From positions 1 through 53,811 of the forward strand of contig CAVUPH010000023.1 of NCBI GenBank assembly GCA_963743305.1: DNA of 53,811 nt, in the 5' to 3' direction. The notes under the pieces were generated by a model that saw only the letters and a list, made by a program, of their open reading frames with translations, had not been told where the DNA came from and made no database searches. Below, piece by piece: positions 40,121-49,385 of this stretch. The DNA is from an uncultured delta proteobacterium (GTDB lineage Bacteria > Desulfobacterota > RBG-13-43-22). The stretch's first letter is position 1. The number at the start of each line of letters is the position of its first letter. The translations under genes and the position numbers were made by a program.

Positions 40121-41941
40121 TTGACCCCCTATCGGGTAGAATCTGGTAGGGGGATTTCTTTGCTCAAAGTACCAAACCAGCTCGATGAACGAGTCCCGGG
40201 AGAAGTCGGCGCGATTCAGGTCAATTTCTGCAAGAATCCACAATGCCAGAATTTTGGCATTCCGGCTAGCACGATTAAACAGCCTAGAGGCCGAGGATCA
40301 GCGGAAGGTGGTAGGGATACTTATCGCGTAGTTGGTTCGGGCCGAGGCACGCCCATGCTTCGGTGCAGTTTTTGCGGCCAATATCCAACGATAAAGAGTA
40401 ACAAAGCCATCCATGAAGAGCTGAGCCGATTTTGGAAGCCTTTTGAACCCATAGCTATCCCGACCTGCCCAAACCAAGACTGCCCGAACCACCGTATGGA
40501 TATAGGGAAAGGCAAGACCCACTATCACTTGTTCGGACGGTCAAAAGCAGGATCTATACGCTATCGTTGCAGGGCGTGCGGCAGAACATTCATTCCCTCT
40601 TCATCGCCCACGATCCGGCACCGAAAACCCCACAAAAATACCGTTATTTTCCGTCTTCTGGTCAATAAGATGCCCTTCCGGCGTATCTGCGAGGTGGAGG
40701 GGATCACCATGTCCACGCTCTACCGGAAGATCGATTTTATTCATCGTCAGTGCATTACCTTTGCGGCTGAGAGGGAACGCCATCTTCCCACCATGCCACT
40801 GTCCCGCCTCTATATCGGAGTCGATCGGCAAGACTATATGATCAACTGGTCGGACGCCAAGGACCGGAGAAACATCATTTTCCGTGCTGTCGGCAGCGCT
40901 GACAACACGACCGGTTATGTTCTCGGCCTCCATCTCAACTTTGACCCCTCACTGGATCCGGACGACATAGAGAGGGAGGCGATTGCCTCAGGCGACTATG
41001 AGGTAAAACCGGCCTACCGGCAACAAGCCCGTCTCTGGCTCCGGCGGGATTACCTTGAGGCCATCAAGAAGAGCCGGGCCCAAAGATTTGGAAAAAATGC
41101 AGGATCTCTGAGGGAAAATATAGCTGCTACCTATGAGGACATTATTAAGAGGGACGATGTCGAGATGTTGGACAATCTGGATGACGATCTTTCTCTGCCG
41201 AGAGATGGTATGCAGGTGCGTGGAGAATATACCATGTACGGGCACTTTTTCTTTCTTAGGAAACTCCTCGACATTACAGAGAAGGTTCGCTTTTTTCTCG
41301 ATCAGGACTCAGCCTTCCGGGCTGCCTGTCTCTCGGCATTCTCCGAGAGGATCAAGGCAGGACGATGCGATGCTTTTTACGTGCGGATCAACTCCGAGGC
41401 AACCATTGACAAAAAACGCCAGATCCTGGCAGACAATCGACGCCATTTGGAGGCCATGAAACAACAGTATCCTGACCTGAAAGATTGGCAGATAAAACTT
41501 TTAATGATAAAGGAGAAGATGGCCCAGGTGGTCAACATTGGCACGTGGCAGGATCGCTGGGTGGAACATCCCTTCCCGAATATGGGAGAGCCCGATAAGG
41601 CCATGTGCTATCTGACGGATATCCAGGGATATGATGAGGACCATCTTGCCTGGCTCTACAACAAGGCCAGCCTCCACGCTATTGACCGCTTCTTCATGCA
41701 GGTCCGAAGGAGATTGTCTTTGTTGGAGCGACCGATCAGCAGTTCGGCCAGCCCGGGGCGTCGTTGGTTTGGCTACAGCCCCTACAAACCGGTTATAGTC
41801 GCCAAACTACTGGACATCTTTCGTGTCTTCTATAATTTTGTGGAAGTGGGAAAGAACAAGCAAACCCCAGCTATGCGACTGGGGTTGGCAAAGGGCAAGA
41901 TAACGGTCGAGGACATTGTCTATTATCGACAGCAAAACTGA
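40121..41941 (+). CDS. Putative transposase, 606 aa, with several Zn-ribbon motifs, HTH and RNase H-like acidic motifs (distantly IS1-like)
   Basis: CKNPQC, CSFC, CPNQDC, RYRCRACG; PFRRICEVEGITMSTLYRKI; IGVDRQ, FFLDQD, AIDRFF; C-terminal YNF..TPAMRLGL; the only long ORF between the TIRs. Confidence 0.75.
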   Translation: MTPYRVESGRGISLLKVPNQLDERVPGEVGAIQVNFCKNPQCQNFGIPASTIKQPRGRGSAEGGRDTYRVVGSGRGTPMLRCSFCGQYPTIKSNKAIHEELSRFWKPFEPIAIPTCPNQDCPNHRMDIGKGKTHYHLFGRSKAGSIRYRCRACGRTFIPSSSPTIRHRKPHKNTVIFRLLVNKMPFRRICEVEGITMSTLYRKIDFIHRQCITFAAERERHLPTMPLSRLYIGVDRQDYMINWSDAKDRRNIIFRAVGSADNTTGYVLGLHLNFDPSLDPDDIEREAIASGDYEVKPAYRQQARLWLRRDYLEAIKKSRAQRFGKNAGSLRENIAATYEDIIKRDDVEMLDNLDDDLSLPRDGMQVRGEYTMYGHFFFLRKLLDITEKVRFFLDQDSAFRAACLSAFSERIKAGRCDAFYVRINSEATIDKKRQILADNRRHLEAMKQQYPDLKDWQIKLLMIKEKMAQVVNIGTWQDRWVEHPFPNMGEPDKAMCYLTDIQGYDEDHLAWLYNKASLHAIDRFFMQVRRRLSLLERPISSSASPGRRWFGYSPYKPVIVAKLLDIFRVFYNFVEVGKNKQTPAMRLGLAKGKITVEDIVYYRQQN

Positions 41942-41985
41942 CTACAAGTATTCACTATGTCCACCGGGGAAGATATCTTCCCCAG

Positions 41986-42022
41986 AAAAAGGACTGCCGA
42001 GTGAGTATCAGCAGTCCTTTTT
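41986..42022. terminator. Bidirectional terminator inside the right end of the element
   Basis: AAAAAGGACTGC-13 nt-GCAGTCCTTTTT; preceded by the 18-bp palindrome GGGGAAGATATCTTCCCC (41966-41983). Confidence 0.75.
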
Positions 42023-42147
42023 CACTTTTCTTCAACACGTTAAGCGATCGGCTCGCCAAACCGGCTCTGCCTTTTTTTGTTGGTACGCCCGGCAGGGCGC
42101 ACTTAGAACCCGTCAAGAAATAAGCTGTACAATGCCGCGGATATCAC

Positions 42148-42212
42148 CGTTCATGCTGAGCCTGTCGAAGCATGGCCGTATCGTTCATCCTTCGACAAGC
42201 TCAGGGCGAACG
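42148..42212. repeat. REP-like hairpin (CTGAGCCTGTCGAAG/CTTCGACAAGCTCAG)
   Basis: Imperfect inverted repeat; the same motif recurs near 43400 and 49194. Confidence 0.65.
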
Positions 42213-43071
42213 ATTGTAGGGCCGCTTTGTCAAGATTATTTGTTTACAGATCCTTATTGGGAGGTGCAAATCCCCCATGGTCCCGAGAGGGCTATTGTCG
42301 CCAGGCGGGGTCTACCAGGAACCGGTCGTTGGATACAGGCCGATTGCTGACTCCAATACCCGGCCCGACACCGCATCATGCCCGCCGATCATCTGGTCGA
42401 AGTCGATCAGGCCCTTAAACTAATTTTGGATCTCCCCTGAGCCCACCAATTTCTGAGATGTTTTTTCGCTCTGCACTTTGCGCCTGACGCTCCGCATCTT
42501 ATGTTTCATCCTGCTGCTTAAACATTCGGTATTCGGCCCAGTTTTCCATCATTCCACCATTCCATTCTTCCCTCTTTCCCTTTGCTTCCTTCTTCCGTTT
42601 GGCCCCCCTCACCCCATACCTCCCCCGTGGGGGCGAGGGGCCCCAAGGGAACGGCCCTGAGCACTCTAACCTCCCCTCCCCAGGCAGTTGGCGACGCGCT
42701 CAAGCGTCGGGAGAGATCCCGGGGGGGGATCTCATGATTTACAGGCTTAATGGGCGCCCCCCGGCACATGGGGGTTTCATACGAAAATACTTGGCAAAAT
42801 TCGAAGTTGGACGTTCGATGTTCAATGTTCGACGTTCATTTAAAACGAGAATTTACCTGGATGTTGCAAAAGCCGAGGAGGCCTCGGATCCGAGGCGTCA
42901 AGGGCGAAGCTGTATACGTATACCGCGAGCCCATGACAACAAAGGAGATGAGGCCTCACACGGCTTTCCCGGAGGGTAAAAATCAGGGCGGAATTTCATG
43001 AAAACTATAGTTCACCCCGGGTGAATTCCTTAAAAGAAAGAAAATTCCCGGGGAACCCCCATGGATATTAG

Positions 43072-43341
43072 CATACCGGCGCCTTACATGACATGGGCTC
43101 TTGTCTGTCCCATAAAACCACCATCCCGCAAAAGGTCCTCGTTGAGAAAAAAGATCCGGCCGATGTCGCCAGAAAATGTCGTCATACCCAGTAAGCAGTC
43201 GACCGATACCTGAAAGACTATCATCGTGTTGAAACGGTTTATGAACAAAATCAAGACCTGGATTATATCCATATCGTCAACGGATTAGCCAAGCATGTGG
43301 TTAAACAGTATATTAATATCGTCAATCATGAAAATCTTTAA
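43072..43341 (+). pseudogene. DUF1670-like C-terminal fragment
   Basis: HTGALHDMGSCLSHKTTI...VARKCRHTQ*AVDRYLKDYHRV...GLAKHVVKQY; internal TAA at 43192-43194; absent from the ORF track. Confidence 0.6.
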
Positions 43342-43367
43342 CTTGATTCGCCATTTGGCAATAACAA

Positions 43368-43577
43368 GGGCGGGATTTCGGATACTGATATAGTTTACCC
43401 TGAGCTTGTCGAAGGGCTGAGGTTTAAAGTTCGCAGTTAGTGAGCAAGAGGGAACTTATTATAGCACACCTGCTTGATGGGCGCAGGGGGAAGGTACGTC
43501 CAAAAAATAGCCCAAACCCTATCTCCCTAAATTCATTATTTTTCTTGGGAGATTAATTTTTCTCTTGACGGGATGAC
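43368..43577 (+). repeat. ~210-bp diverged direct repeat, copy 1
   Basis: GGGCGGGATTTCGGATA.TGATATAGTTTACCCTGAGCTTGTCGAAGGGCTGAGGTTTA.AGTTCGC...CTCTTGAC.GGATGA, shared with 49163-49378. Confidence 0.75.
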
Positions 43578-43861
43578 CGTCTCTTCGCCGGAATGATCTC
43601 GATCAATGTCCTTAGGGCCTTGTTGACGGCTTCCGAGGTGGGGAAGTACTTTCGAATGTTCGGTTCCAGCATGATCGCACTGTCTTCGAGCTTAAAGTAC
43701 TGAATTGAGCAGGTGCCGTTTTCGTTATGAACGACCACCTCGCGGCCTTTGCGGTATGCTTCGTAGTACTTGCCCCGCACCCCCCCCTTCATGGCAGAGA
43801 AGTCGTATTCCCTTCTCATGACATCTATCGTTCTCGAGTGCTTGGTCTCAGCCTTCTTCAT
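43553..43861 (-). CDS. Orphan BrnA-like antitoxin
   Basis: MRREYDFS..GGVRGKY and LEP..RKYFPTSEAVNKALRTL motifs; no intact toxin upstream. Confidence 0.65.
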   Translation of the reverse strand: MKKAETKHSRTIDVMRREYDFSAMKGGVRGKYYEAYRKGREVVVHNENGTCSIQYFKLEDSAIMLEPNIRKYFPTSEAVNKALRTLIEIIPAKRRSSRQEKN

Positions 43862-43979
43862 AGTTTCATTCGATCCTCCGGGAGGCATTATGCTCGTCAA
43901 TTCACCAGGTGCGTGTTTAGAGTTGAGGAATTTATCACGCTTTGTGCTAATCTTTTCCTTTTCCCGGAACTCTGTGCAC

Positions 43980-44569
43980 CGACGTGCCCCATTTCGTGAC
44001 GGTTTTCGCCGCCGTCGTCTGGTCACTTCTCTCCTGGACCCCGACCGTTTTCCCGCTTCAGAACTGGCCCGTCTCTATCATCTGCGCTGGGACATCGAAA
44101 CCTTCTATCGCGATTTTAAGCACACCCTCCGGGCCACTTCCTGGCATTGCCACACCCCCAACTCCTTTCACCAGGAACTCCTCATGCATATGATTGCCCT
44201 CTGCCTGATCCGCATGGCCATGCTGGAAGCCAGTCGTTTGATCCAGATTTCCGTCGGCCAAATCAGCTTTGCACGGGCCCTCACCGAGACCCGCTTGTTC
44301 TTTAAGCTGTTGTTATCCACGGCGGAGGCGCTGCTTTGGCCTTCCCTCTGGAAAGTTTTTGTGCATTGCTGTTCACGACACCGCGTATCCAAAAAACCCG
44401 ACCGCCATTTCACCCGAGATCGACAAGAATATCGAAGAAAAAGTCGTGGCCTGGAAAAACGCCGCCGGGGACGTAAACCCAAGTACTCTTCTCCCCAGCC
44501 GAAGCCCATAGGACCCGAAACCCTTAAAGATAGCAAAAACAGGCTGTTTCTCTTAAGTTAACGGCATTG
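43980..44569 (+). pseudogene. IS4-family transposase C-terminal fragment with right terminal IR
   Basis: LVTSLLD...LARLYHLRWDIETFYRDFK (Y-x2-R-W-x-I-E signature); end CTTAAGTTAACGGCATTG (44552-44569) resembles the IS4 IR. Confidence 0.8.
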
Positions 44570-44707
44570 GGTCCGACCCCGTTCCAATTTACACTAGAAT
44601 GTTACGACCCCAATTCTCTGCCTTTTCGTCAGGAATTCCTTTTTACTTGATTATTCATGCCTTGATGCTATCATAAAAATCTAAATCATGATTTTGAAGG
44701 AGGCCCC

Positions 44708-44962
44708 ATGGAAAATATAAAATCGGTCGGGAGGAGCGGCCAGATATCATTAGGCAAAAAATACGCCGGACAGACGGTTTTAATCGACCAGATCGAAACC
44801 GGTGTATGGGTCATAAAGCTGGGGCGATTCATCCCGGAAAATGAACAGTGGCTTCATCAACCTGAAATCCGCGAGGACCTCGAAGAAGCCATTCATTGGG
44901 CGAATAAAAACCCACCCCGGAAAAGCGACCTGAAGAGTCTGGAATCCAGGCTGAAAAAATGA
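44708..44962 (+). CDS. Putative AbrB-like antitoxin
   Basis: IKSVGRSGQISLGKKYAG beta-hairpin; GGAGG RBS; ATGA overlap with the next gene. Confidence 0.6.
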   Translation: MENIKSVGRSGQISLGKKYAGQTVLIDQIETGVWVIKLGRFIPENEQWLHQPEIREDLEEAIHWANKNPPRKSDLKSLESRLKK

Positions 44963-45273
44963 TTCGATCCGATCCCCAACCCATCCAATTGGACTTAAAC
45001 AACCCCGTTTTCCAAAGGCAATTGTTCAGCCTGCAGAAAAAGGATCAAGGGAAAGTTATTGGGACTTTGAGGAAATTAATGGATATGAATTGGGACCAGG
45101 TTTATTCCGATCGGGGTTTGAACTGGGAAATTATCTTGTCCCGAACCGGCCATCGAGGAAGCCGACTATATAGTTTCCGTATTGGGGAAGGTTTTCGGGG
45201 TATCTCCTTTCGGGAAGGTAATTGGCTGCGTATCCTTTCCCTTCATCCAGACCACGATTCTGCCTATCGATAA
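44959..45273 (+). CDS. Putative RelE/ParE-like toxin
   Basis: 104 aa; LYSFRIGEGFRGI...LRILSLHPDHDSAY. Confidence 0.6.
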   Translation: MIRSDPQPIQLDLNNPVFQRQLFSLQKKDQGKVIGTLRKLMDMNWDQVYSDRGLNWEIILSRTGHRGSRLYSFRIGEGFRGISFREGNWLRILSLHPDHDSAYR

Positions 45274-45398
45274 ACGCAACAATTCCTGTTTATGACAACA
45301 ATGTTTTCTGAGCCAGACCTTCCCTGGCAGGTAGTCGGTTGGCCCTGGGCATAACTCTTCATTTTTGGGGCCAAAATTGACTTGGTCCGACCCCGTTT

Positions 45399-45468
45399 CA
45401 AAATGAATATGATTGGAAGTGACCGCATAATCCAAAACAGACAACCCAAAACGCTTGGCCCCCTCCCG
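45399..45468 (-). pseudogene. Third RAYT remnant containing the HUH motif
   Basis: EGAKRFGLSVLDYAVTSNHIH, abutting the GGTCCGACCCCGTT motif. Confidence 0.6.
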
Positions 45469-45714
45469 ACAACCCAACGCCGACGATCCCGGGCGTACGA
45501 AGTCTTTTTTCTTCCTCTTCCTCTTCCATCTCAATTTAAAGGGTAAAAAGCAGCATTTAAGGCCATTAATAAGTCCTCTATTTTTAATTTTAATAACTTT
45601 TCAGCCTATTAGCTTGGTCCGACCCAATGCTGTACAATGCTGATTCGACTTTTGGGCAAGAAAACGGTGAAAGGACTTGAAACACTTTCCTCCTTCCCAT
45701 TCCCATTGGTCAGT

Positions 45715-45909
45715 TTAGAACTTTTTGGGTAAACCGGCTTGTTTGAGAACTGCGTTGGCTGTATGGCGAGATTTAATGGTACTGTCAACGACAAATTTTA
45801 TCCGGGTTATCGGACTGAACCATAACTCGTGGTCCCCTTTCCCCTGGCGATCGAAGAGGCACCCGGCTTCCCGAAGAATATGCTTCAGAGTCGGGGTATA
45901 ATCGGCCAT
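45715..45909 (-). CDS. HicA-family toxin
   Basis: RQGKGDHELW, SRHTANAVLKQAGL. Confidence 0.85.
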   Translation of the reverse strand: MADYTPTLKHILREAGCLFDRQGKGDHELWFSPITRIKFVVDSTIKSRHTANAVLKQAGLPKKF

Positions 45910-46154
45910 TAACGACCTGTCAATTGCGCAATTTCAAAGCGACGGGTAAATATTTCGAAGGGAATTTCTTCCCCCCCGGCTGTTCCATTGGCTTCCAGCA
46001 GTTCAGGGATCATGACTTTCAGCTTGTCAACCAAACCTTCCAGGGTATCCCCTTCAGTTGCCAATCCGGGTACATCATCGCTGCTGGCTACCCAGACCCT
46101 CGCATCATCGTCCCATTCGGCTCTAACAAAGAGCGGCTTGACCCTCATCTCCAT
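45909..46154 (-). CDS. DUF1902/HicB-like antitoxin
   Basis: AEWDDDARVWVASSDDVPGLATEGDTLEGL; TAATG overlap with the HicA gene. Confidence 0.82.
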   Translation of the reverse strand: MEMRVKPLFVRAEWDDDARVWVASSDDVPGLATEGDTLEGLVDKLKVMIPELLEANGTAGGEEIPFEIFTRRFEIAQLTGR

Positions 46155-46372
46155 AATTCTCCTCTTCCCCAAGTATCCTCCAAGTCGTCACCCCGGTCCC
46201 GCTCTAAGTGCGATATAAACTCCGGCCGGGGGCCAGGACTCCCCTAATCTCCGTTTTTATAATTATATCAGATTACCCGAAAGAAAAGGAAATGTTATAG
46301 CTTAAAAAAAATCGACCCTTTGCCAGCGAAAAAACGTTGATCGCCGAGGGACAACCTCCGGAGATAGAGTGG

Positions 46373-46407
46373 TTTTTCATTGCCGGCCCCTCACCGGCAA
46401 TGAAAAA
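46373..46407. terminator. Hairpin/terminator downstream of the metacaspase
   Basis: TTTTTCATTGCCGG-CCCCTCA-CCGGCAATGAAAAA. Confidence 0.65.
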
Positions 46408-46473
46408 ATATCTATTCTCTGCGTTCTCTGTGCGCTCTGCGAGAGATCGTCTTTTACGCCAGGCGCTACGCGC

Positions 46474-47340
46474 CTACTCCAGCAGGTTCTTGGCTTTCTT
46501 GGCCTTCACCGCTTCCAACTGTGGAGTCTGATCAAAGTCGTTGAACTTCAGCGACGCTCTTAAACGCTTCAACAGCTCCGCCCGGGTGATCTTCCCCTTC
46601 ACATCTCTCAGGTGCTTGCAGAAGTAATAGGTAAAAGCCCCGTTGTAACTCCCACCGATCAGGGCGTCGGCGGAGGTCTGGTTGTCGGCGCAACCGGCGA
46701 ACAAAGACAAATAATCGGGGATAGGGGTGTTCGCGGAGCGCTGAGCGCCGGGCGCGGAGCGTAGAGACTCTGATACCCGGGTGCCCAATAGATGCTGGAG
46801 GGGGAGGTCGTCGTCGACGCGGCAGAGGATGTCGGCCGGGGGAGGGAGAAAACGGGGTTTGAAGGACTGCTCCGGGGGAAGCTGGGCCAGGCCCATGAGC
46901 TCCCGGGTGCCGGTGCCGGAGTGGCAGGAGTCGAGCAGCACCTCCAGAGCGCTGCCCTTGGGCAGGCCGGAGAAGATCTTGCGCAGCTCGTCGTCTACGA
47001 TATAGGTGCCGTCCCAGTCCATGTCGTGGGGGCAGAGGATCTCGTCCAACTTGTCTTTCAGCTCGTCGCCGTCCCGGTCCCGCACCTGGGAGCCATGCCC
47101 GGAGAAGTGGAACAACATCCGGTCCCCGGCCTTGGCCCCCTTGACCAGCCAACCCAGCCTCTCCATGATGGCCTTCTTGGTGGCCCGCTCATCGGTCACC
47201 ACCCGGATGTCGTCAATCGTGAACCCAAAAAACTTGATCAAGCTGTCCCGCACATTGGTCACGTCATTGACGCAGCCGCTCAGATCCGAGTTGGCCATCT
47301 TGTACTTGTTGATACCCACCAGCAAAGCTCGATTAGCCAT
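46474..47340 (-). CDS. Metacaspase (peptidase C14 family)
   Basis: ALLVGIN, LSGCVND, FHFSGHGSQ (His), LDSCHSGT (Cys), p10-like QTSADA..GAFT..QTPQL; AGGAGG RBS. Confidence 0.92.
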   Translation of the reverse strand: MANRALLVGINKYKMANSDLSGCVNDVTNVRDSLIKFFGFTIDDIRVVTDERATKKAIMERLGWLVKGAKAGDRMLFHFSGHGSQVRDRDGDELKDKLDEILCPHDMDWDGTYIVDDELRKIFSGLPKGSALEVLLDSCHSGTGTRELMGLAQLPPEQSFKPRFLPPPADILCRVDDDLPLQHLLGTRVSESLRSAPGAQRSANTPIPDYLSLFAGCADNQTSADALIGGSYNGAFTYYFCKHLRDVKGKITRAELLKRLRASLKFNDFDQTPQLEAVKAKKAKNLLE

Positions 47341-47595
47341 AAGAACCTCCTTAAAGTTATTTTGTCAACTTTTGATCTAACGCGTAAGATCGGATGGTTC
47401 TCACAACTTCTTAAATCTTTTTCATTTTAAGGAGAATTTCTTACATCGGCTGGGTGATTGAAAGGACTTTATCTCTCTTCTGTCTACTGTCTTCGCTCTT
47501 TTTCCCCATAGAATACAGGGCAGTTGCTTCCATCTTCCCTCTTCCTTCTCCCTTCTATTTGGCTGCCCCCACCGTCCGGTTGATGCAGGAAGTGG

Positions 47596-47994
47596 TCACC
47601 CCCAGGTAGCGGGCCACAAGGTTAAGTCGGTCAGGCGGGAAAGGTCCTCGAAATGGCGGTCCAGAGAGAAAACAGGAAGGTTGTTCCGTATCGCCAGTGA
47701 AGCCAGGAGTAAATCCGGGATGCTGAATGGTCCAAATCCCCGGGACAGAGCGCTTTCCTGAATTTTGATGACATTGGACCAGATGTCCGGTGGAATTTCA
47801 ATTCGGGAGATTCCGGCCAAAAGGGATCGCACCCTTTCCCGATCATTTTGCCGAAGACCTGGGATCAGTTCCGCCTCGACCAGACCGCAGATACAAACTT
47901 CACCCTCTTCCAGGAGGGTGTCAAGGACCTTCGCGGCACTCGAGGATTTTTCCTTGAAGAAAGCAATCCAGACCGAAGTATCAACCAGGACCAT
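47596..47994 (-). CDS. vapC: VapC PIN-domain toxin
   Basis: MVLVDTSVWI, E.ELI.G, PDLLLA, SLDRHF. Confidence 0.9.
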   Translation of the reverse strand: MVLVDTSVWIAFFKEKSSSAAKVLDTLLEEGEVCICGLVEAELIPGLRQNDRERVRSLLAGISRIEIPPDIWSNVIKIQESALSRGFGPFSIPDLLLASLAIRNNLPVFSLDRHFEDLSRLTDLTLWPATWG

Positions 47995-48194
47995 CAGCGA
48001 TGACGGGTATGACGGAGCGTGGTGAGATCATGTTCAACAACGATCGAACCCCTCAACTTCCTCAGTTCCTCGATTTTTTTACGGTCTATGAAGTCTTTAA
48101 GGGCCAGGACTACCGCAGCGGTCTTCGATCTGGTACCGGCAAGAGTCCTAACTTCCTTCAAAAGGTCTTCAGGTAAATCCAGGGTGGTTCTCAT
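47994..48194 (-). CDS. vapB: VapB-family antitoxin
   Basis: MRTTLDLPEDLL...SKTAAV..AL; coupled to vapC. Confidence 0.88.
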   Translation of the reverse strand: MRTTLDLPEDLLKEVRTLAGTRSKTAAVVLALKDFIDRKKIEELRKLRGSIVVEHDLTTLRHTRHR

Positions 48195-48479
48195 CTTTAA
48201 TTTTCCTTTTAGATCATCATTATGATGCCATATTATAATAATTTTATATGCTTTTCAAGAAGAAATCGGGAAGGAATTTCAGGGCCTCTATCCTTTATCT
48301 TCCTAATTTTTCCCCCCTCTCGGACCTCTCTGCACCAACGTTATATATTCCCAGAATTTGGAATAGGCTCCCGAGCCTGCGCCAGAAAAAAAATTCATAT
48401 AATCTTCCCAAATAAAAACCTCCTGTTAAGAGAAAAAGTAAGCACGACCAAACTTCAACTCTTAAACAGGAGGTGTTCA

Positions 48480-49113
48480 ATGAACGAAGTAGAGGATACC
48501 AGGCTCACGGAGTTTCGTCAATTCAAGAAAGAGATCCGGGGATCGAAGGACCATTTGATCGTCGGGATCGACGTAGCCAAGGAAAAGCACCATGCCTTCT
48601 TGGGCACGGCCACCGGGAAGACGCTTTTCAGGCGATTGATCTTTGACAATACGATCGAGGGATTTGAGAAGCTGCTGACCCAGGTCAGGGCCATCCAGGT
48701 GGCCCAGGGTTTGCCCAAGGCGGTCTTTGGTATGGAACCCACGGCCAACTATCACAAGCCCTTGGGAGAGCATTTGATTAAATGCGGCCGGATGGTGGTC
48801 CTGGTTTCCGGGGTAGCGGTTAAGCGCAACCGGGAGCTATTGGACGGGCGCTGGGACAAACACGACACCAAAGACGCGGCCAATATCGCCGACCTGATCT
48901 CCCAATGGGTATCTGCTGACCATCCCCGGCTTCGGTCCGGACGTTTCGGCCAAGGTGATCGGCGCGCTCGGCAATCCCTTCCGTTTTCAAAACCGGAAGC
49001 AGGTACTCAAGATGGCCGGCTTGGATCTGGGCGCCGAGCGGAGCGGGAAACCCTCGGATACGGCGATCCCGGTCATTTCCAAAAAAGGAAAAGCCGATCT
49101 GCGCTATGCCTTA
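48480..49113 (+). pseudogene. IS110-family recombinase with internal deletion and 3' truncation
   Basis: IVGIDVAK, MEPT and KHDTKDA (DEDD domain) joined out of frame near 48906 to LLTIPGFG...AGL...RSG...ISKKG..LRYAL. Confidence 0.85.
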
Positions 49114-49162
49114 TACCACTAAACTTTAAAACCTGGATAAGGGATGATGGGTGCCCGCCTCG

Positions 49163-49378
49163 GGCGGGATTTCGGATATTGATATAGTTTACCCTGAGCT
49201 TGTCGAAGGGCTGAGGTTTAGAGTTCGCGATTGGTGGGCACTGGGGAAACCACATAAATCCGTCTGCCCGTCAGGTGTTGGGCGTTAGGGGAGGTGCGCT
49301 CAAAAAATGGCCGAAATCCTATCCCATTCAAATTATTGTTTTTATCAGAATGGATTATTTGCTCTTGACAGGATGATT
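49163..49378 (+). repeat. ~210-bp diverged direct repeat, copy 2
   Basis: Matches 43368-43577; the first ~65 bp are nearly identical. Confidence 0.75.
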
Positions 49379-49385
49379 ATAGGAT

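Larger units (their letters stand above)
40081..42057 (+). mobile_element. Intact 1,977-bp IS-like element with perfect 27-bp TIRs and an AAACC target duplication
   Basis: TIR GGCGAGCCGATCGCTTAACGTGTTGAA (40081-40107) and its exact reverse complement (42031-42057); AAACC at 40076-40080 and 42058-42062. Confidence 0.92.
40063..42078 (+). terminator. Intrinsic terminator of the PEP-CTERM gene, split by the insertion (left arm 40063-40075; right arm and U-tract 42063-42078)
   Basis: Reconstructed empty site AAAAGGCAGAGCC-AAACC-GGCTCTGCCTTTTTTT. Confidence 0.8.

Noticed and set aside
48222-49187. 321-aa ORF as an intact IS110 transposase
   Set aside because: Chimeric reading: the likely start is 48480 and the C-terminal domain is out of frame
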